From assembly GCA_964106915.2 (NCBI GenBank), contig OZ066914.1: a DNA stretch of 64,000 nucleotides; one strand, 5' to 3'. The notes under the pieces were generated by a model. It was not told the origin of the DNA, ran no database searches, and worked only from the letters and a program-made list of their open reading frames with translations. The translations under genes and the position numbers were made by a program. The DNA is from Podarcis gaigeae (Eukaryota). Positions 35,768 through 46,898 of the stretch are shown piece by piece; the first letter of the stretch is position 1, and the number at the start of each line of letters is the position of its first letter.

Positions 35768-38700
35768 ATGGACATTCTAATGCCTAAGGTAAGATTATTC
35801 AAATATTTTAACTCTTTACTAGTGCTGGACATGATTTTCCTTACTGCAGAGGAAACACAGTACTTGACAAGCTGAATTTCCACAACACGTAAGTGGCCAT
35901 GTAAGATTTTTAGTGTAGCAGATTGAGGGGTGTGTATAACCCCCCCCCCAAAAAAAAAACCACCCCAGAAGCTTTTCTTTTGGGAATTATAGGGAAAGAA
36001 CTACCTAAATTGTATGGAAATTTATTTACGTATGCTACTACAGCAGCAAGAATGTTACTTGCCCCAAAATGGAAAGAAGCAGAAGTCCCAGCAAATGAAG
36101 AATGGATACAAAAACTTATGGAATATGCAGAAATGGCAAAACTTGCCGGAAGAATAAGAAATCAAGATAACAAACTTTTTATAAAGGAATGGAAAATGTT
36201 TATTGAATATTTACAGATAAATTGTAAATAGATGAAAACATTAGCAGGATTATTGTAACAACCTGCAGTTTTATAAGAGTATATATTTACAGTAGATAAT
36301 TAAATGAGAAAGTTAAATGAATTTGAATATGTAGAAGATATTAAGGAACCACAGAAAGAGGGGAAAGGAAGTCAAGTTTTGAAATTTTAAATGGATTGTA
36401 AAACTAATGAAATGTATAAATAAAAAACTAAAGAAAAAGAAGATTCAGAAACAAGTAAGGGCACCTGACTTTAGAAGAGATGAATTAATTTAAATATATT
36501 TTCAAGAGAGTGATATTAGAATATATAATTGTTGATCTAAATGCCATCAAACGCTGCCCAGTATTAATGAAGTCACAAAATATTTCTCATGATCAAAAGT
36601 CCAAATTTAGTGAAATGTAGAACAGCAAGACCATATGGACGGCAATCTTCTTACCAATGCTCTTTATTTTTTTTTTTATAATAATTTTTATTAAGGTTTT
36701 CCAAATTAAGACAAATCAAAACAAATTAAATCCAATCTATAAACTTTTTGCCAATAACTAGGACTTCCCCTCCCTACCCCCTCTTGTGTTCCAAATCTTC
36801 CAAATAAGCAATTAAATTCAACAAGTTCTTATCCCCAAATTACACTCATCATCAATAACCCAATTTATCCAAATTCCCATCCCCTAAGATCGATCTATAC
36901 CCTTCCACGAGTTTCCCCCTTTCAAACATGGTACAGATGGAAATAAGATAAATATGAATAGTGATTTTACAGCCTTTGGATTCCAATTTTCCCTCCCCTC
37001 TTTCCCCTTTGCGTTTCACCTATCCCTCTACTTCTAATATCTTCCTGGAGTTCCCACATTACACTATGTCCCTCAGGTTCTTTGCCAGTCTTTGATTACG
37101 GATGTCCAATCGTAGAAGGAGTCTATCAAAAAAGGGGCCCATTTCTTCTATCCAGGTTTTTATATCCAGGAGTAAAAACTCCAATTTTGTATCCATAAGC
37201 TTGTCAAACCTGAATATCCCAAATGTTCCCCCAGTTCTGTCCAGTTCTTGTTATTTCCTTGTTCTTGTCAATCATTCTCCTCCTTTTTATTTCTCTGTTC
37301 TCCCACAGAAATGTTCTTTTTCCAAAAGTTTCTAGTGTCTCTGCAGAGGCTTGTTACTCATGGAGCAAAGCATTGCATCATGTTCCTTTCATTTTCCAAC
37401 AAATAGTTCCATTGTTTCCTGTAGTGTGTAGACCTCTGTAGACAAAATAATGTTCCATTCCTGCAGTTTCCCAGGAGATTAAAAGTTCCATTCAACTGTT
37501 CAAGTTTCCTGTCAAAAACACATGCAATATCCCTTGGCTCCTCTAGGTGGATTACAGTAGCAAAGTTCCCTTCCAGAATCACATCCACCAGTCCAAGTAG
37601 CTTGTTAACCGATATTTAAAACAATTTATGTTCAATTTATAACAAATATAACCGGCAAAGTCCTCATAACAAAATCTCTATTTTAATCTTCCTTTTTGAC
37701 AGCTCTTTGACAGCTGTCAAAACCTCCATCGCTTTTCTCCAGGCAGTTTCACGAATCGCTCCAGGGATTCCGGGGGGGATTGCTTTTTTTAAAAAAAAAC
37801 AATTCCACTTTTCTCCTCCAGCTCAATCTTATAATTTTCCCTCGCGAAGTTGCTGATTCGGCAAGATAAGGTTACACTCGATCTTAGTTGTCCAGTCCTT
37901 TGTTTTGGCTCTTCTACAATTTAGGGGTGGGCTGACTTCCTTTTTTCCGCCTCCCCCGTTCGCTCCGAATTTTAAAAATTTATCCCTTTTTTTTTTTAGT
38001 CCATGTGATGGGATAATGAGCTGCTTGTGCGTAAAAGCTTGATCCCGCTGGGGTTTGGCCGGTCATCCAAACCCAGGCACTAACGGAGCCCCCAAAAGCA
38101 TGACTCCGTCAGTCGCTGGTAGAATCTGACAGTGGGCGTCTACGGAACTTACGCCAACATAAAAGCTGTTTGACGGACATGCGCTTTCGTGACTCTCTGC
38201 GTGACAGTTTCCGGCGAAGGGAGGGAATTCCTAAAGGGGGTCTAGTTACCTCTTCACTATTCTCACTAGAAGCGTCTGAGAGCCTCCCCTCCGCTGTAAC
38301 TCCTGCACTCCCCCTGCTGGTTCCTGCTTCTGCTGCAGAGTCTCTCCTACTCTGCTGGAGCCTGTCCAGCACCTCTAACTCCGATGGCAGTTCCCTGACA
38401 TCCACCTCCCCCCCAGGCCCCCCTTCACCCCCTCCCGCCTCCTCTCCCACTGGCGGTGAGGGCGGAAAGCCCCTGAAAGAGCAATCCTCGTCATCAGAGG
38501 ATTCAAACACTTCTAGCCACGGCGTCCCATCTCTCTCCCCGTCTTCTTCTTCTTCGTCGGAGGCAGCTTCCTCACCCACCCCTGACTCTGGGAACCCTTC
38601 AAACTCTCCCTCCTCATCGGTGGTCCCAAAGTGTTCCCTTCTAAATCGTGCCACGGGTTGCGGTTTTCTTGGGAAACGCTGATGAAATGTTTCTATTAAG

Positions 38701-41700
38701 ATCTCGTCATTCACTACCTCTGCTGGCACCCAAGTGTTTTCCGACTCTACTTCCCCCTCCCATTCTACCAGATATTCCACCTGATTCCCCTTCCACCTGG
38801 AATCAATGATTCCTGCCACGTTCATGTCGCGCTCTCTCTCTTCTATCACGAGCGTTTGGGTGGCCTCTCTCTCACGCTCCCCCCACTCACGTCCCTCTCG
38901 GTACGGCGACAGTAATGACCTGTGAAATACTGGGTGTAATTTCATGTGACTGGGCAGTCTGAGTTTGAATGCTACTGGGTTGACCTGCTGTATGACCTCA
39001 AAGGGTCCCAATTTCTTGGGTCTCAATTTCTTACTCCCACCCTTGAACGGTAGTCCTTGGGTGGACAACCACACTCGGTCTCCCACCCTTATGATTTCAC
39101 CTTCCCTCCTATTTCTGTCTGCTTGCTTCTTATATTCTTCCTTGGCTCTCTCTAAGTTAAGTTGAAGCTGACGGTGGATCGCTTCCATCTCTTCAAAAAA
39201 ATGTTCCGCTGCCGGCACGCTCCATCTCTCCCCCCCCTCTCCTGGGAATGCCCGGGGATGGCACCCATAGTTTGCCAGGAAAGGACTCATCCCTGTGGAC
39301 ACATTCTCCGCGTTGTTGTAGGCAAATTCGGCCAGCGGTAGCTTATCTACCCAATCATTTTCTCTGTCCTTTACATAACACCTCAGGTATTGTTGCAAAA
39401 TGCCGTTTGCCCTTTCCGCTTGCCCATTAGTTTCTGGGTGTCGGGCAGTGGAGAAATTGAGTTCTACTTGCAGTAAGCTCATAAGTTTCCTCCAGAACCT
39501 GGAAGTAAATTGTTTGCCTCTGTCACTGACCACCCTCAAGGGGGCGCCATGCAACCTGAAAATATGCTCTACAAACAACTTGGCGGTCTCCTCCGCTGTA
39601 ACCGCATGTGAACAGGCTATAAAATGACACATTTTGGTTAATAGATCTACCACCACCATAACAGCTGTTTTGCCTTTGGATTTTGGCAGGTCCGTCATAA
39701 AATCTATGGATACTGCCTCCCAAGGCCTTTCTGGCGTGGGTAAGGGTTGTAATAGCCCCGCTGGCGCCACCCTCTCTCCTTTTGCTCGCTGACACCTGTC
39801 GCAACCCCTAACATATTCCCGCACGTCCTCCCTCACCTTGGGCCACCAAAACTCCCTGGTAACCAACCACATGGTTTTGTGCTGTCCAAAATGTCCCGCT
39901 GTGGGGCTGTCATGCAACTGCTTGAGTACTCTGCCCCTCAGTTCCCCATCTGGTATGTACAGTGCCCCTTTGTAATACAACGCCCCGTTCTTTTCTTCAA
40001 ATCCCCCTGTGTTCTCTTCTGTCCTCCTGAGTTCTCTGAGTTTCTCTTGGGCGTATTCATCGTTCTCCGTACCTTCCATCAGTTCCCTTTGCCCCACCAA
40101 TGCCGCCCCACACACCCAGCGGTCTTCGGAGATTACATGCCTTGCCTCAGGCGCTCCCTCCCCCTCTAAGTACTCAGGTTTCCTGGAAAGGGCATCCGCT
40201 CTCACGTTCTCTGAACCTGGCACGTAACGAATCTCAAAGTGGAATTTGGAGAACTCCTGGGCCCATCGCACTTGTCTCTGGTTCAGGACACGGGCTGTTC
40301 TCCAATATTCCAGATTTTTGTGGTCAGTTCGGACTTGAACCTTGTGTTGCGCCCCAATCAGCAAGTGCCGCCATTTCCGAAATGCTTCATGAATGGCGAG
40401 CAGTTCTCTGTCGTACACTGTGTAGTTCCTCTCGGATTTGTTCAATTTCCGCGAAAAGAATGCACACGGTCTCCATTCCGACGTATCCTTTCCCGGCTGG
40501 AGAAGCACGGCCCCCACTGCTCGGTCTGACGCGTCAGTCTCCACTCTCATTGGTTGTTGTAGATCCACGTGCAGAAGCTGTTCTTCCGACGCAAACGCCT
40601 GCTTTAGGCGTTCGAACGCCCGCTGCGCTTCTTCCGTCCAAACAAATTTCTTTTTGCTACTAAGACAATCTGTGATGGGCGCGGTCAAATGGGCAAAGTT
40701 TTTGATGAACTTCCTATAGAAGTTTCCGAACCCCAGGAACCTTTGCACGTCCTTCTTGGTCTTTGGTGTTTTCCATTCCAGTACCGCTTGAACCTTGCTG
40801 GGATCCATGGCCAATCCCTTGTCAGACAACCGGTACCCCAGGAATTCCACCTCCCTAGTATGAAACTGACACTTCTCCAGTTTCACCCACAGCCGGTTTT
40901 CTCGCAGTTTGCTCAGTACCTCTCTTACATCTCGCACATGCTGCTCCTCATTCTCTGAGTACACCAGGACGTCATCTAAGAACGCTACGCAGTTCTTGTA
41001 GAGCAATGGCCCCAGGACGTGATTCATGAATGATTGAAAACAGGCGGAGCCTCCTTGTAATCCGAAAGGCATAACGAGGTACTCAAACGCCCCCAAGGGG
41101 GTGAACATAGTGGTCTTCCACTCATCCCCCTTCCTCACACGTATCAAGTTATATGCCCCCCTAAGGTCCAGCTTGGTAAAAATCTTCCCTTTTCTCACCT
41201 GTGTCAGAATGTCATCAATTCTAGGCATAGGGAAAGTCACTGGTTCTGACACTGCATTCAGGGACCTGAAATCACACACAAGTCTGGGCTTGCCCGTGTG
41301 TTTTTTGTCCACAAAGAACACTGGACTGCCCCCCACCGCTCGTGACTCTCTGATGAAACCTCTCTTGAGATTCTTGTCAATGAACTCCCTTAACTCCTGC
41401 ATCTCACTGTCTGACATTGCATACAGCTTCCCCACTGGCAATTGTGCTCCTGGGAGTAAGGTAATTTGACAGTCAAAGGGTCTGTGCGGGGGCAATTTAT
41501 CCGCTTCCTTTTCGCTGAATACGTCAATCAAGTCAGCGTATTGTGGTGGCACCTTCCCCTTGTCCATCACTTCCACCCCTGCTAGAGTGGCCCTGCTGCC
41601 TGCCTGGGCCTCTCCCTCCTTGCAGTGTTCTAGGCAATGTGCTGATCCAAAGGAAACCACGCGCTGATGCCAGCCTACTAGCGGATCATGTAGTGCCAGC

Positions 41701-44700
41701 CAGCTCATTCCCAAGATAATAGGGGCTCCTCCCAGGGTGGCTACGTTAAACGCTATCAGTTCTGTGTGCCGTGCCACCCTCATTATCATTGGTACAGTCT
41801 GTTGGCTCACTTCTCCTCCCAACAGCTCCCTCCCATCAATCGTGGTAACCTGCAAAGGCTTACTTAATGGGATAGTCTGTATCTGGTGCTCAGCTGCAAA
41901 CTCCTTACTCATGAAATTACATGAGCTACCTGAGTCCAATAGCGCTCTTATCTTTAGTGGGTGTCCGTTTGCCAGTTCCAGCAACACCTCTATCACAAGT
42001 GCTGGTCTTGGGGGTTCCGGCGTGGGCACATTCACTACTCCCTGGCCTGGCTGCTGTGCCCTGATGTTGGCAACCAGGCGTTGGCTTTTACTTGCTCCTT
42101 CATTTCATCCTCCTCCTTCCCCCCAACAGTTCCTGCCATCCCTTGCCATTCCTTCCTTTGCGGACAGACTCTGGCAAAGTGACCTGGCTGTTGGCAGAGA
42201 TAGCATCTCTTGCCGCTCTTTCCCTCCTTCTTCCGCCCTTCACTGGTGTTTGAAACTGTGCGCGCGCGCGCTGCTCCAAGTTCCATCGGCTCTGCTGGCG
42301 GGAAAGGCTGCTCCGGAATCTCTGGAATGCGGAAGTCCTTCCAACGTTCCCCCTTTCCTTCCCGCTTTTCCAAAGCTCTAGCCTCCTGGCGTGCTCCTAT
42401 GGACAGCGCTGATTTAGTCAGCTGGTCCATAGACTCCGCCCTAGGCGCCCGGGAAAGTTCATCTTTCACTGCCGGAGAGAGACCTTCTTCAAATAGCATT
42501 TGAATAGGTTCACTAGCAAGGTTCCACCCCAGTCTATGAATCAGCATGGTGAACTCAGTCCAGTACTCACGTACAGATCGGCTCCCCTGTTTACAAGCCA
42601 TCAACTCCCTGCGCACCATCCCCTGCTCAATCTCGCTGGAAAACATCAAGTCCATGGCGCGAAAAAACTTCATTGTGTCCTTTAAGATTTCATTATTGGC
42701 TGCCATCAGGGGGCGAACCCAGTCCCTCGCCCCTCCCTCTAGATGGCCAATCACGTACGCCACTCTAGAGTTCTCATCGGGGAAGTCATCAAACAGTAGA
42801 TTGAGAGCATATTGCATCTCTGTTCTAAAGGCTTGATAGTTCCTGGGATTCCCCCCAAATTTCTGCACCAATCCAGGCACCCTTCTGGCAAGTGGGGTGG
42901 TTTTCCCCTTATCTGCATCTTGAGCCCTCCTCTCCTCCAGCCTCGCCGTTTGCAGTGCGAGCTGGACCTCCAACGCCCTGTACCTTTCTTCCAGGCTTGG
43001 ATCTGCTCCAGCTCCAGCTGCCCCGGTTCCTGCTGGTTCACTCATGATGCCCTCTGCTTGCACAAACAGCTTTCGGAGACTGTCAGATTGCTGTGATGGG
43101 ATAATGAGCTGCTTGTGCGTAAAAGCTTGATCCCGCTGGGGTTTGGCCGGTCATCCAAACCCAGGCACTAACGGAGCCCCCAAAAGCATGACTCCGTCAG
43201 TCGCTGGTAGAATCTGACAGTGGGCGTCTACGGAACTTACGCCAACATAAAAGCTGTTTGACGGACATGCGCTTTCGTGACTCTCTGCGTGACAGTTTCC
43301 GGCGAAGGGAGGGAATTCCTAAAGGGGGTCTAGTTACCTCTTCACTATTCTCACTAGAAGCGTCTGAGAGCCTCCCCTCCGCTGTAACTCCTGCACTCCC
43401 CCTGCTGGTTCCTGCTTCTGCTGCAGAGTCTCTCCTACTCTGCTGGAGCCTGTCCAGCACCTCTAACTCCGATGGCAGTTCCCTGACAGTCCATATTCCA
43501 ATTACTCACGGGTTCTTCTTTAGAGCCGAATTTTCAATAGAAGAAGTCAGCGCTCTCCGCCGGATGGCATGCGGCTGCGCTCGGCAGGGATAGCAGAGAA
43601 CTCAAAGCACCACGCTTCTCCCCGGCACCCGATCTGTAGCCTTTAAAAAGGCTCCTTCACGAGTCGGGAGAGCGCTAACGGTGCCAGCCGAGTCTCCATG
43701 TCCACGGCCTCCTCTGGCCGTGGTTTTTAAGGGTCCCCGCATCGCCGGTGCGGTAGGACCCAGCCCCTGCCAAGCCGGCTCCCTCCGGAGCTCGGAGGGA
43801 GTCCGCCATTCGGCGATGGCGCCGACCCGGAAGTCCTTACCAATGCTCTTTATAAAGGCCAAACCAATGGAATGATGGAAGCTACAAATCAATTCAGCCT
43901 CATAGACGCTGTCCCATTGCTGCCTTTGGTCACAGTACTATCCTGAGTCACGTATATGTATTCAGACCATGAGCAAACTTGCAGAAACACGTTCAGGTGC
44001 CTACAAATCATTTGAAAATGGATCACATGTCATCTGATAAACCTTGAGCTGGGCGCTCCTTCGAGAAAATCAAAAGAATAAGAACGGATGAAGAATTTGA
44101 AACCAGTGACGAGAAAGTGATCAGGTCTAGTGGCATGACAGAAATGAGGTATTTGTTACGGGTCACATGGGTGCTTGTTCTGAAATTAATACTTCAATGG
44201 AGAATATAACAAAATCCATACTATATAATTAGTGACCAACACAAGAAAGCCACTGATGGAAGGAATCGCTGTGACTTAAAGAACTCAATGCTAATTAGAT
44301 TAAGTGCTTTTGAAGAGAATTCTCAATTAAGGAACATGATCAATAACAGCTAATATTGAAATGACAAAGGAAGATGGGAATGGAAGCTATGAGAGAGAAG
44401 TGTGTAATTAAATATTTTTATAGGTGATTTTAATAATCACAGCTTGGGGGGGGGGGAGTATCCAAATATTTTTACAATAGTAATGTTTCTGCACCAGAGT
44501 AAGGAAGACTCAGTCATAGTTCTGTATTTCCCCCCCCTGTACAATGATAGGAATTTCAGATATCTTTATTTTTAACTAGGGAGAATGGTCAATCTATCCT
44601 TCTACTGAAATGACTAATATTTTGTTTTTTGATGTAAGTACCCAAGTTGCACTATTAATTCAGCAACATTTGTTTTCTGTAAAGGTTGAAACCTCTCCAT

Positions 44701-46846
44701 TCTACCTGCTCTCTGTGAAGGTCATCCAGGCTCGACACATACCTTCAAGAGACCTATGTGAGTGAGTTGTTAAATCCGTTGCATTGCATTTATCTTGAGT
44801 TTTTTGGGAGTCCAGAACCTCTTTAACAAGAATGTACACTGTCCTGCATCTCTTTCAGTATGTTGTCTTTTGAAGGTTCTTCAAAGTGTTGGATAGAAAA
44901 CTGGGAAGTCTGTATTTTGCCCTCTGCAGAAAAGCCTACAAAGCCCTATTATTACCTAATGATAATAAAGCACCAAATAATGATTATTGATGCGGTTTTG
45001 TTTTGCTCTAGGGGCTTCTTCTGATTGTTATGTGAGCCTTCGGCTGCCATCAGCTTCAAATAAACAAATGATCACGAAAGTCATCTCAAACGCCTGTAAT
45101 CCTGTTTGGAATGAAAGCTTCCATTTCTTTATCCAACCTGAGGTCAAGGTAGGCAGCTATTAAACTAGAATACTCTTGGTGATTGGTTTCTGTGAATTTG
45201 AAGTGTGTGGTAAATGGAAAGCAGAGAGGAAGTGCAAGCATTCAGTGCTGAGGCCTCACACATTTAAGGTTTTAAGGGCAGCATTTCAAAAGCGGAGAAC
45301 ATTCTGGAGATGTGCTTTCTGGCTTAAGAGATATCCGTTATGTTCTGTGGGACTGGCATGTTCTGGAAGAAATGGCCACTCCTTAAAATAACATACAATC
45401 AGAAAGTCTGCCCTATCCTCAACAGCATGCTGTGGAATGGAGTTATATGCCTTCTCTCATGCCTTTCCACAGAATGTGCTGGAACTGAAGCTCTACGATG
45501 AAGACATGGTCACCAAAGATGATCTCATCTTCATGGTTGCCTACGATATTGCTAAAGTGAGACCCGGGGAAAGTATTCGTGAAGACCTACTTTTGAACCG
45601 TCAGGTGAGAATTGACACAACATATCCTTTATTTATGTATTTGGGGCCTTTATCACCAAAAGAGCCAGTTACACAATAGTAAAAATAAAATAAAAAAAAT
45701 AGTGCAATGTATGAATAATATTAATCAGGTATCTGAAGAAGTGTGCATGCACACGAAAGCTCATACCAAGAACTGACTTAGTTGGTCTTTAAGGTGCTAC
45801 TGGAAGGAATTTTTTTTTGTATTAATTAGGAAGACAGCTGAAATTGCATCATCTTTATCCTTCTGTTCGTTTTAATTTACCTGATTCATTTTGTGGGTGG
45901 CCTGCAGTGAGGGAGATTAATCTGAATTGATAGCTTATTCTAGGCACATAGGAAGCTACCTTATACAGAGTCAGATCCATCTAGCTCAGCATTATCTTCA
46001 CTTTTGCATGCAAAAAAAATGGGTTACAACCCTTCCTTACTCAATTAAAGGGCAGTAATTAGGAAAACGGTACAGTTTTATGACACTGCTATGACACATG
46101 CAGCTAGTGTCAATCATGATAATTTTCTTCCCTTTCCAAAAATGCATTTCACAGGCTGCTTTGTTTTGAGTTGCTGAAAAGCCGTCTTTGGCTACTCTTC
46201 CACCTTAGTTCTGGGAACAGATGTTCAAGTGGAGCTTTCTGTGAGGGTTTGCCTTGGAGGGTTGTATCACCTGGCCTATTTGACAGACAGAAGCATCCCG
46301 TGGGAAAAAGGGGCTGATGCAGTGAGCAAGTATAATTTATTCAGGCTAGCGTACAATTAAAACAGTTGTTCCCTCAGGTAACAAGTGGTAAACTCTGTGT
46401 GGGCTGGGCTCAGAGCTAACAATGCCATTGTTTCTTTTTTGTTCTTTCCCCTATAGGGACCAGAGAGCCTTGAAGTAGAATTCAAGATGGAGAGCATGTG
46501 AGTGAATTGTTCTGATTATAAAATGGAGTTAATAGACATCATCACAATTGGAAACAATCAATCAATCAATCAATCAATCAATAGCTGGGCTCATCCACCC
46601 TTCCAATATATATATTATATATATGTAATATATATATAAGCTAGACACCACACCCCCTCTACAGTATTTATAGGAACTCAAACATTGAGATCCCGCTCTG
46701 TTCCAGTAACAAGAAGCCGAAAGCACCAGCCTGAAGATGACGAGTGAGACCTCGTCGAAACGTCGCCTAGACACCCCAACTTTTACACGGGAAGACACCC
46801 GAGGACACCAAAACCTGCATTCCTGTACCCGTGAAAATCTACGAAA

Positions 46847-46898
<52 letters not shown>

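Larger units (their letters stand above)
38004..43488 (-). mobile_element. Full-length Ty3/Gypsy chromovirus (Tf1/sushi-like) LTR retrotransposon, 5485 bp
   Basis: 397-bp LTRs with TG...CA ends at 38004-38400 and 43092-43488, no mismatch found by eye; 5-bp TSD GTCCA (37999-38003, 43489-43493); polypurine tract at about 38401-38425; intact gag and pol. Confidence 0.98.
36668..43835 (-). mobile_element. Non-autonomous L1-type retroposon (~1.68 kb after removing the nested Gypsy), 5' end intact
   Basis: 18-bp TSD CTTACCAATGCTCTTTAT (36650-36667, 43836-43853); poly(A) tail seen as poly-T at 36668; GC-rich 5' UTR beginning GACTTCCGGGTCGGCGCCATCGCCGAATGGCGG on the minus strand; TTT/ATAAA target resembles the L1 endonuclease site. 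Confidence 0.85.

Noticed and set aside
38109-43063. Domesticated sushi-derived gene (PEG10/RTL1-like)
   Set aside because: Two matching LTRs, a TSD and all enzymatic domains intact indicate a recent mobile copy, not a host gene.
43197-43460. 87-aa ORF in the 5' LTR as a separate gene
   Set aside because: It is the LTR copy of the Pol C-terminus and begins at a non-ATG codon.
38170-43593. Plus-strand ORFs antisense to gag/pol/LTR (170, 187, 214, 111 aa)
   Set aside because: Antisense shadows of long coding ORFs with low-complexity translations.
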